The position numbers and the translations under genes are program-made. The notes beneath the pieces are model-generated. The model was not told the origin of the DNA and did not search any database. It saw only the letters and a list, made by a program, of their open reading frames with translations. 64,000 nt of DNA from Bugula neritina (lineage: Eukaryota > Animalia > Bryozoa): assembly GCA_964035545.1 (NCBI GenBank), contig OZ037767.1, positions 4,666,707 to 4,730,706 on the forward strand, read 5' to 3'. Shown piece by piece: positions 55,601 through 64,000 of the stretch. Every line of letters starts with the position of its first letter. The first letter of the stretch is position 1.

Positions 55601-58600
55601 AAAGTTTTAATGTTTAGGGTCAGCAACTACAATTTTATTATTTTGAGCCCAAACATTTGGTCATCCCCTCAATCACAGGTCTGGAGTAAATTTATAGAAC
55701 TGGTTTTTGTAATATGCTGACCTTTATAATAGTGAGCAGTTCATCATTTTTCTTCTTAGCAACCACAGGCAGCTTGTTGTTGATTGCTTTGATAACAGCA
55801 GACGGATAGGGAAGACAACTCTGAGAGAACTCTTCAGCACAGAGGTCCATCATTCCAATTCTTCTCTTCTTAATCATCTTCTTCATTTGGTTTATCTAGC
55901 GCAAGAATGGAGATGAGACAACACATACTATTGGCCACTTCATTTATCTAGCATAGGAATGGAGATAAGACAACACATACTATTGCTCAATTGGTTTATC
56001 TAGCACATGAAAGAGATGAGAAAACGCATACTATTGGATATTTTAGTCATTTAAAAACACTAATTTTTATCACTATACAAGACTAGAAAGCTGAAATACT
56101 ATAAAAAATTGTGTGAAGCAACCTTTCACCAAATAATTTGTCACCTCTATAATATTAGAAAGTTAAAATATGTTGCTTTCTCCATAATAATTTAAACAAA
56201 CTAGCATGATAAGTTGTTTCGTTTTGGAAAGCAAAAGAAATAAATCTAATAAAAACTACTCAATAAAAACTAGTTGAGCATTCTATTAATAGAATAGATA
56301 ATTTTAGCTTAGTTTTTCACAACCAGACACCTGCTCAGTATGAGTCTTGAGAGACTGCTGGAAATCATCTGTCCCCCACGTCTTCTGCTCCATCATGGTG
56401 TTGATGTCTGTTCGTCTGGCGTGGTCAACCATCAGACAGTACCTGGAATACTCCTGAAACAGATTAATGACTGCCTCTCACAATAAGTTACCAAGTAGCG
56501 GTGAACTGACTACTCTCATATTATCAGTATAAATTTTCAGCTGCACACAACAGGCACATGAGAGAAGACAACTACCACACCTTAAAGTTCCATTATCTGC
56601 AAGTCAAGTGCATGTGTTCAGTATAAAGGTGACATTAAAACTGTGTATCATTCTAAACTGTTGAGTGCCATTATGACATAACACAAAATTGTATTACCGG
56701 ATTGCATGGTAGTGAAGTCATAGGTATAAAAAAGTGAGTAACTATATTGTAGTCTGTCATTAATGTGATGTCATTACATTGGAGTACACCTTTATTGTGA
56801 TCTCATTACCCTGGAGTACACCGTTATTGTGACATCATTACATTGGAGTACACCTTTATTGTGATGTCATTACACTGGAGTACACCTTTATTGTGATGTC
56901 ATTACACTGAAGTACACCTTTATTGTGATGTCATTACACTGGAGTACACCTTTATTGTGATGTCATTACACTGGAGTACACCTTTATTGTGATGTCATTA
57001 CATTGGAGTACACCTTTATTGTGATGTCACTACCTTAGAATAGGCTATTATTTCATCCAGGACATCGTCCATACAGTCATGCAACTCTTGCTCCATATCC
57101 TCGTACTCCGGGTCATCAGAAAACAGCTGATGTATATCCGGGTAGATCGGCTTGAGGTCATCGTCAGCGTCAAGGAAATCTTCAGGGTCAACAGAGTTCA
57201 ACTTGAGGTCAAATCGAGGATTAGAGCAGAAGACGGAGAGCTTTGGATCTTCTTGTAATGACTCATATGCACCTGAAGTATTGCGTTCACAAGTTTTTCT
57301 AAATTAAATGTCTTTCAAGGCCTAACAATTTATTGTTATACAAGTAAAATATAAATCACCGAAGACAGGGACTTATGATATTATTTCTATAGCATGGGAG
57401 GACAAATCTCTTCACTAAATGCTGTATCAGGGATACATGACACCTAAACAATGCCTTTTTGAATATCTTTGTCCTACTACATTCTATTTGTACAGAATGC
57501 TAACCTCTATGTCTAGCAGAAAAAAGTAAGTATTAAACTTTTTCATGATGTAAAAAATGTTAGATATCTGAAACAAATACTCAACCCCTATATAGAGCCT
57601 AAACTAGAATATATTACAACTACATAAATGTTACTCATAAATTATACGATACTATATTACATCTATATAGATAATACTCACAAATCATACGGAATATATT
57701 ACATCTATATAGATGTTACTCACAGATTGTGGAAGAAAACCCAGTGATTATGTCCTTCAGAGCAGCTCTGAAACTTGCTGGCCCGGGAGAGAGAACGGCT
57801 TTGGTGGCTCCACTTTTATCCTGAGCAGGTCCAGTGTGTCTAGGAGTAACCTCCCCATACGCATAGTCAGTAGTTTCTATATCCAGCTCCTGAACCCCGT
57901 CCCCCTCGGAGTCAATTCCATCTTTATCCTCCCCTACTGAGGCTGAATCTTCTTCAGTCTCAATATCCTCCTCATCCCCAAACAGAGACTCTAATTCAAA
58001 CGTGTAAAAAGCCACAATGACACAACATCACTATATTATACTGATGTAACAACAACGATACCTCTGGTTGTTTTTATTAGCTTGCCGTTTAAAAGTATGC
58101 GATATATTTTAAACTGAAATTTCAATGGGTGTGATTACCATGCTGATGATAACAGCCATTGTACCTTTCTACCAACCTGCTGTTTCATAACTGAAAGTCA
58201 ATAGTATCAGATAATTCATGTATGACAGCCAACACAGAGCTAGATTACATCATATGTTAAATATTTCATGGAACTATTATTAAATTCCTACATAGTTGTA
58301 GTTTGCTATTAGTTGACATTTCATAGTAAATAATAAAATAACCAAAAATTCAGAAATATTAAACTACAGTCAGCATAACATATTGACCCACCTTCATCTT
58401 GTTCAATAGCAGAAGTGACTCGCTCAGGGAAGGTAACTCCCTTCCTGCCGGCAGTTGTGTTCATATGAGCGGCAGAAACGCTCCTCATGGCGGAGTGGAG
58501 CTCAGCTGAACGTCTGCTACTGACAGGAGATGCTGCCGCTGAAGGTTTAGTTGGAGTCAGAAGAATCATGGACAATGAAAAGATTGGTTCCGGAATTTCT

Positions 58601-61600
58601 TCTATTATTTCTTGTTCGTGAACTTCTCGTAAAACCTGAAAAGTTTGTTATACAGTGTCGGTCAGCCTAAATAACTCAAAGCACCAGATGTTAGAACTAC
58701 CTGCTATCACTCAACAGCTTAAATTATAAAAATGAAACATAGGGAGTGTTAAATGCTTTTGTAATGTATATAGAATTTAACAGTATTTAAAGTTTTCGCT
58801 ATGTAGCAAGCAGTGCAACAACAACTAGAAATTAAATTTTGGTTTGCAAGTAAAATAGCTGTCCAAACAAATTGTAATGTTAGAGTGTCAGCTAGAGTAA
58901 CAGGGAAACAATTTAGACCAACAGACACTGAAAAAAATAAGAAGTAGCAATGCTAATGAAAAACAATAACAAACATGTGTGTAAAAGTTGATTTATAACA
59001 CAAACAATATTTTTCCTCCATCTTTATTTACCTATACACATTTATTACAACTAATTTTATTTTATAATAATACCACCAAATAATTTCTAAATTGTTTAAA
59101 TGCTGATATTATGTCCTATTAAAGTATTACAGAAAAAACATTAAAACTCCAAGCAAAACTCACATCTCCGGCGTCTGGTATAATGTGCTCCGATGGTGAC
59201 TTTTCAAAGTTGAACACCGGCACACTGTACATTTCACCTTGACCTTTCTTCTTATAGAGACCAGGTTTTGACACTGATGTAGACTTGGTGTTGGGAGTCA
59301 GGAATCCATCTGGAGACACGACAGTGATGGAAGAACTCAGATCTGTCCTGTCAGTTGAAATGAAAAACTTGTTAGAAAATAACGGTTTCGGTTTAACAAT
59401 TTCTATAAGCAGGATTAGGAGCAGAGCCATTTGTCCAGTTTATTTGAATGTTAAACACAGTCAGGTAAGTTTGCATAAAAGCAGAGAAAAAAATCTTATT
59501 TTTTAATAGTTTGTTGTTTTTAACACAATGAGCCTGACTAAAATAAGAACAAAAATGAGCAAAAGAAACATCTAACAAAGTATTGAGTTATGCCAACAGC
59601 ATTATATAAAGAGATAAGAGTAAAAAATTGAATTCGAGCAGTTTTAAAATTTAATGATAAAGAATGATTTTTCTTACATTTCTGGCTAGTTTAAACATGT
59701 GAAATCTTTTTTTATGTAAATTTTGAAATTTATTAGACAACACCATTACTAGACACTAACATGTCAAAGTGAAAACTAAATCTAATAAAAATATTGTGTG
59801 CAAGAATTAAACTTGTGTGTACAGTTAACTACAGCACAACAAACCATTTGGTGTGACAATTCTTTTTAAAATAAAGTTTTGATTCCTCTATAAATAAAAA
59901 CTTTGGGCACATTTGACCTTAAAGTGTATAGCTAAAAAGTGTAAATATTTACAGATCTAATTAACAACAGCAATTGAAAGAGATATCATCTATGTAAAGT
60001 TATGAACAAGAACAGAACACCAAATCATTATTTGAAATTCCTAGACAGACAGAAGTATAAAATAACAATGAAGTAGTCGTAATGAGAAGTGAAGATTATG
60101 ATTATATTGCGTACTAAACTATGTAGTGAGAGACGCCAGACAGACTATACGATAAGATGATTCAGAGGAGACAACTACAGGATGAATTACGCACCAAAAT
60201 ATAATACAATGACAAGAGGGACAAATGCATAAACTAAAAAGAACTGCATAGAGAAATATTGTAGCATAGTATAAATTTTATACATAATGAGACATGCTGT
60301 TGTTCTATAGATTTCAATGTCAGTGAGTAGTGCTGTGAGTGCATAGTACTGCTAGTGAATAGTACAGCTAGTGAATAGTGCTACTAGTGAATAGTGCTAC
60401 TAGTGAGTAGTAAATAGTGCTGTGAGTGAATAGTACTGCTAGTGAATGGTGCTGCTAGTAAATACTGTTGTTATGCTTGGCAAAGGCAGGCCCCATTCAG
60501 TAAAAACAATATTACGAGTTTTTAAAACTAGTCGTCTTTGAAATCAAAAGAGAAACAAATAATATTTACCACAAAACAATTTAAGGCCCCGGATGCATAT
60601 TTTCTTGAATCAAGTCTATCAATGCGCAAATAGTATTTTGAGAAACAAGAAATTTTTCAACACTGAAAATTTTACTGGTTGAATGTTAAAACAGTTAAAA
60701 TTTATTCTCAACTCGTTCAGATGAGTTTGCTGCAGTCTGAGAAACTTGTAATGTTGTTGAGATACAATAGGTGCTGCCAACGCCAATTAACATAAAGCAG
60801 AGTACTGCCATATCATCTACATACTGTAATTGAGAAGTGCTGTGCATGAATTGAAGTGATACTATAACAACTAGGTGCGAGTATAATCAGAGTGATACTA
60901 TAACAACTAGGTGCTAGTATAATCAGAGTGAATTTAACCTCGACTTGTGAATTGACCTTGACCTGTGAACCTGATAACTGCCTACCTGTGAAATCTGCTG
61001 AACGGCTTCAATCTACATGTTAATCAAACAACATAACAGTTACAGTACAACACGAATCACACTCAGCATTTGGTAAACACTATGGAAAAATTACAAATTC
61101 AAAGACAGTAATCTGGCGAGAACATTATTGGGTGAAAACGAGAACTATATAATTTCTGTAGTTGACTAAAATAAAAACTGCATGACTTAAAAGTAAAAAA
61201 ATGACAGCAATCAAAATTCCTAAAAGTGGTCAATAAAGTTTTGATTGTTTTTTTCTGTGAAATGTCAATTTTCAACTACAGTTTAAACTTTAATCGTGTT
61301 TAGCAAATTCAAAGGAAGTACTATGGTATTTGTTAACAAAAAGCAAGCAGAGTATCTGCTTTAAATTGTATATTTTATGATTACCAAGAACATTCATTAA
61401 AAATAAGTGTGAAACCTGAAAAACCTGAAATATAATTAATGTATATGGTACAGCATTATTTTCAACGCATAGTAATGTTTTCTTAACCATTTTTCAAAAG
61501 CAAATATTCTCTATTATCCCAGAAAAAATGGCAACTCTCATTCTCTTTACCTGTTGGTCTTGGCTGAACTCCTGGTGTTCTGGCTTTTACCTTTAGGTCC

Positions 61601-63621
61601 TAAGGCTATCGATGATGTCTCACTGAACTCTCCATCATGCTCATCCTCTTCAGGATCCTGACAATAGCAACAATTGTTTCCATAGCAACTGAACAACATC
61701 TATTTTAGACCCATGACAGGTGCAACAAATCATAAACGAATATGCCACATATTACAAAAAAATGTGCAATACGACGATTAATGTTTGAAAGAAAAACGCA
61801 TTTGAACAGAAAAACAATATATGTAACAAAAATACATAAAACAGTATGCATATAATACATTCATATCACCTTTGATATATTATATCAATACTTTAGTACA
61901 GCAATACGACAAACATTTCCATAATCACAAAGGGAAAATTTAGAGGGCCTACAACTACCAAGTAACTGAGTAAGATGTAGTATTTTTGTTAGCTATTCAA
62001 TATGCATATTATTAAACATTTCTTTTTTTTATCTATAATAAAATGACTATTAAAATCATCTTTAAAATTATGCTAAGAGAGTTGTTAAAATTTATTACAA
62101 GATAATTTTTGAAATAATTTAATTAATTTTAACGAGTTTTAAATGTAATATTAAAATAATGTTTATAAAACTTAAATACACCTACTCTTTTTGCTAATAC
62201 TGCTACGTTTAAACTTTCGTATTTTTTTGCAATATACCTGGAGGCATCAGCACCAACAGCTGTTGATATTGAGATAGTATTAGTTTATATTGAAACAGCA
62301 TAAATATAATAAATTAGGAGATGCTAAACAGCTTATGGAGAGAGTCACAACAATTCAGCTAGTCAGGCTTGTTACAAAGAGAATCAATATGTCAGAGACA
62401 ACTGGGAAGGAGAGAAAACAAAAGAAATAGCAGGTGATTGGATAAGGAGAAAGTGGTGTAGAGGGTAGGGCTTAATATCCAGATATACATGTTTAAAAAC
62501 TTCCTAGTGACTTGAGAGTGCGTTGTAAAACAAAATGCAAAACAAAAAAACAAATAACAAGAGTGGGAGGCCTATTAAGGCAATGACATGGGACAGATAG
62601 ATATATACCTTTTTTGTTGGCTTCTAAAATGCAAATATATATATAGAAGTATAGAAAGTAAATATAAAAGCAATGCATCGTGACAAAGCATTTCAACAGA
62701 CTCGTTACTATGAAGTAATTTAGTACTTCACATACCACTTCCTCTCCGATGACACACGCCGAGGCATTCATAAACTCCAACAGATGTTGCATGGAGGTCT
62801 TCACCAGCCTTCTCAGCAACTCCATCACTTGCATGTCCACCAGACGTAGGAACTGGACAAGTCTCGCCAGCACTTTACGCCATTCCGCTATTTGTGTGTA
62901 GGTAGGCTTCTCTGGGGTGAAGCAAAGAGGAAATGATAATAAAGTGACAAATCGATATGAAAATATAAATTTGAAATGAAATAATTTTAAAAGATATTTA
63001 AATAATTGACAAAAGTTATACAAATATAATTTTAAGAAGTTCAACATATTTATTGATCATATGCTGAAAAGTTGTATCCCAAAATAGTATCAAACTATGT
63101 GAGATTTAAGCAGAAAATAAAACACAACAGCTTACTTGTTGCCAGTTTAGGACTTTCTGGACGAATACCTCTGGTGACGCCCTCCAGCTCAGCAACTGCC
63201 TGCAAACACACCAATCAGCAATTAGCTGTAGAAATCAACTAATTGAGTAATCAGATTTCCTACATAAATCTTATCTAACTTATACAAAATCCAAGGTAAT
63301 TGGTAAATAATATGCAAGTGTTAGCGAATCTTGGTTTGGCTCTGTGACCTTACCGCGCAGCTCTCCCAGACAACCAGCACGATCTCCTTCCGCAGAGCAA
63401 GAAGTTTCTCGGCTCCCTTTTGAGACGCAAGATTTTGTGCCTCTGTGAAGTCCGACAACGAGTAGGTCTTGTGTTTGCTGACGTCTACAAACAGTATCCC
63501 AGACTGCTCTGTACCGTATCCTGTGAGACTACCAGATGCAGCCTGACACAGGGACTGTACGTGCAGCAGACAGCCTTGTAGCACCTCATTGGCCAGGAAT
63601 AGTCGTCTGGTAAGAAGACCA
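5952..63621 (-). CDS. DNAH14: Axonemal dynein heavy chain, inner-arm single-headed class, DNAH14-like (often annotated DNAH6-like in invertebrates); 5' end lies beyond the window
   Basis: 85 exons joined in one frame (13,789 nt, about 4,595 aa), 5'->3': 63621-63354, 63199-63136, 62911-62736, 61657-61551, 61012-60986, 59347-59164, 58635-58392, 57990-57724, 57272-57034, 56453-56331, 55895-55722, 55404-55186, 54631-54454, 53801-53702, 53212-52983, 52432-52373, 52224-52013, 51546-51382, 51049-50936, 50543-50370, 49896-49673, 49335-49261, 49176-49089, 48594-48344, 47895-47664, 47469-47416, 47030-46816, 46675-46566, 46043-45875, 45480-45279, 44612-44367, 43804-43751, 42777-42544, 41978-41893, 41677-41485, 41203-41083, 40732-40592, 40266-40104, 39702-39476, 39009-38875, 38632-38498, 38071-37901, 37582-37538, 37015-36983, 36089-35911, 35645-35517, 35176-35088, 34902-34683, 34196-34026, 32682-32572, 31609-31436, 30791-30594, 25609-25448, 25030-24827, 24412-24231, 23994-23886, 23549-23424, 23027-22770, 22452-22225, 21778-21638, 21383-21207, 20790-20633, 20404-20171, 19888-19733, 19577-19489, 19257-19121, 18978-18804, 18204-18093, 17802-17686, 17300-17080, 16788-16549, 15899-15742, 15211-15136, 15004-14867, 14647-14472, 14276-14061, 13640-13443, 13031-12832, 12677-12457, 11158-10956, 10489-10400, 9245-9077, 8554-8394, 7909-7763, 6161-5952. 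Motifs: [12 protein letters not shown]1 [28 protein letters not shown]2 GPTCGGKT, P3 GESGVGKS, P4 [32 protein letters not shown]-terminal [28 protein letters not shown]. The DNAH14 assignment rests on recalled features ([13 protein letters not shown], long insert after P3, insert before [10 protein letters not shown]). Dynein identity is near certain; the paralogue name is less so. Confidence 0.92.
6207..6373 (+). mobile_element. tRNA-derived SINE, family A copy 1 (internally deleted)
   Basis: Head GGGAGCAGCTGTGGCCTAATGGTTAGAG (pol III A-box), core AAAGCATCCAATCATAATTG, CTTAGCCTGTTCAAAAAC; all shared with the copy at 34412-34597. Confidence 0.7.
8263..8365. repeat. 36-bp tandem repeat, about 3 copies
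   Basis: CATGCAGGTGCTGCAAGATACTGAGACATGGCAGGT repeated near the donor at 8393. Confidence 0.9.
16962..17090. repeat. About 26-bp tandem repeat containing a 5' splice site, 4-5 copies
   Basis: ACTTACCATCATACTGTTAGAGTAAT units; the last overlaps the exon end at 17080. Confidence 0.75.
21207..23994 (-). other. Dynein stalk coiled coils and microtubule-binding domain exons
   Basis: [10 protein letters not shown]..., [92 protein letters not shown]. Confidence 0.9.
22075..22182. repeat. Degenerate 22-26-bp tandem repeat
   Basis: GACAGCAGGTGCTAGCACAGACAGG units, about 4 copies. Confidence 0.75.
27734..29495 (+). CDS. Small BTB/POZ-domain protein (BATH-36/38-like standalone BTB), nested antisense in a dynein intron
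   Basis: Exons 27734-27751, 27902-27994, 28124-28277, 28805-29093, 29345-29495 (GT-AG; 705 nt, 234 aa). BTB signature [37 protein letters not shown]...MLDYIYP...[17 protein letters not shown], then a BACK-like helix ([14 protein letters not shown]). An upstream acceptor at 27650 suggests a 5' UTR intron. AATAAA at about 29790. Confidence 0.85.
28414..28778 (+). repeat. (GTA)n trinucleotide microsatellite with GCA/GTG variants
   Basis: About 365 bp of GTAGTAGTA inside BTB intron 28278-28804; explains the poly-V, poly-L and poly-Y ORFs. Confidence 0.97.
30348..30602. repeat. 34-bp minisatellite containing a 5' splice site, about 7-8 copies
   Basis: GATGCAGTACTAACCTTAACAATGTGAGTGAGAA units; the terminal copy is the real donor at 30593. 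Confidence 0.9.
34412..34597 (-). mobile_element. tRNA-derived SINE, family A copy 2
   Basis: Minus strand GGGAGCAGCCGTGGTGGGGAGGTTAGAG...GTTCGAAATTCC (B-box-like)...AAAGCATCCAGTCATAATTG...CTTAGCCTGCTTTAAAAAC, collinear with 6207-6373. Confidence 0.7.
35638..35787. repeat. About 40-bp tandem repeat containing a 3' splice site, 4 copies
   Basis: ACTATAACCTGGAGTATACATAGCATCGATTATAGTTAAAC units; the first copy is the real acceptor at 35646. Confidence 0.85.
36141..36512. repeat. 20-bp minisatellite, about 19 copies
   Basis: TATGTGACA(AC/GT)CACTAGCT(G/C) near-perfect tandem array. Confidence 0.97.
43301..43362. repeat. (TTATTATATA)n
   Basis: Six tandem decamers. Confidence 0.9.
45279..47895 (-). 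other. Dynein AAA1 module exons (catalytic site)
   Basis: [88 protein letters not shown]. Confidence 0.95.
47105..47352. repeat. Degenerate (TATAC/ATACT)n low-complexity tract
   Basis: Repeated ATACTATAC/ATACAGT motifs. Confidence 0.7.
48960..49082. repeat. Degenerate 24-bp tandem repeat next to a donor
   Basis: AAGCTAGAATGTAGAGTTAGCATT-like units. Confidence 0.65.
50541..50716. repeat. 24-bp minisatellite containing a 3' splice site, about 7-8 copies
   Basis: TCTCTACACAATATAAATACAGAG units; the first copy is the real acceptor at 50544. Confidence 0.9.
51720..51858 (-). mobile_element. tRNA-derived SINE or tRNA pseudogene, family B
   Basis: Minus strand GCCCCCATAGTGTAATGGTTAGTACGTTGGCTTGTAA...CAGTTCTATTC (A-box, degenerate B-box); no acceptor-stem closure; related fragment TTCGAATTCC...TTTTTACAGT at about 51600-51645. 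Confidence 0.55.
54174..54420. repeat. 12-bp degenerate minisatellite
   Basis: ATCAGACACAAC/ATCAGACACAAG units, about 20 copies. Confidence 0.85.
55887..56038. repeat. 52-bp tandem repeat containing a 3' splice site, 3 copies
   Basis: TTGGTTTATCTAGC..GAATGGAGATGAGACAACACATACTATTG units; CTA (minus-strand TAG) at 55896, 55948 and 56000. Confidence 0.9.
56765..57042. repeat. 32-bp minisatellite containing a 5' splice site, about 8-9 copies
   Basis: TTATTGTGATGTCATTACACTGGAGTACACCT units; the terminal copy overlaps the donor at 57033. Confidence 0.92.
57608..57732. repeat. About 42-bp tandem repeat containing a 5' splice site, 3 copies
   Basis: ATATTACATCTATATAGATGTTACTCACA(A/G)AT units; the last copy is the donor at 57723. 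Confidence 0.8.
60322..60460. repeat. Degenerate AGTGAATAGTGCTGCT-type tandem repeat
   Basis: Repeated GTGAATAGTGCT/ACT motifs. Confidence 0.75.
60856..60931. repeat. 36-bp tandem duplication
   Basis: GTGATACTATAACAACTAGGTGC(G/T)AGTATAATCAGA twice. Confidence 0.9.
61676..61689. promoter_or_regulatory. RFX X-box-like motif in a dynein intron
   Basis: GTTTCCATAGCAAC fits the GTTNCC-AT-RGCAAC X-box consensus fully. Confidence 0.5.
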
Positions 63622-64000
63622 CTGCAATAGAATATAAAAACTGTTAGAAATATTCATACCTTAACTAAACTTTTGCGTATGTGGGTGAAGTTGGCCTTGC
63701 TGCAGAAATCATATTGCGACATTGCAACACAATGAAGGACAGTTTTCTGGTAAAAAGCAGATTTGTTTTTGCTACCAAAAACATCTATCAGCCTAAAAAG
63801 CATTGTTTACAGCGAAAACATTCCACCAAGTTCTAAATTATATTTTATTAACAGCTTGAATAAATCAGCAGCAGGATTGTTACTAAATAACTTGATATCT
63901 CAGGTGAATAAGCGACACTATAAAGAGTTATCAGCACTTGCACAGTTGTACTTGAAACTTAATCATAACAGAATTACAGTGAATGTGCAGTTGAATATTT

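Noticed and set aside
62238-62259. 22-nt AG..GT-bounded segment
   Set aside because: Would frameshift between phase-0 neighbours; no support as a coding exon.

Overview
Eukaryotic, AT-rich, intron-dense invertebrate genomic DNA (probably lophotrochozoan; inference from the IkB and BTB family styles). Three spliced protein-coding genes can be reconstructed by hand with continuous reading frames. (1) A 5'-truncated IkB/Cactus-like NF-kB inhibitor on + (1-2560, 6 exons). (2) A convergent, 5'-truncated axonemal inner-arm dynein heavy chain on -, most like DNAH14 (63621 to 5952; 85 exons, about 4,595 aa in the window, intact motor motifs). (3) A small BTB/POZ gene (234 aa, 5 coding exons) nested antisense in the largest dynein intron. 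Introns carry tRNA-derived SINE copies, micro/minisatellites, RFX X-box-like and kB-like motifs. The most unusual pattern is that at least six intronic tandem arrays have a unit containing the adjacent splice site plus exon-edge bases, giving stacks of decoy donors or acceptors. In addition, one intron (34197-34682) looks like a tandem duplicate of itself with an internal CAG|GT junction, a candidate recursive splice point. No prokaryotic-type systems, CRISPR or rRNA were seen. All exon calls are manual and need RNA-seq confirmation.
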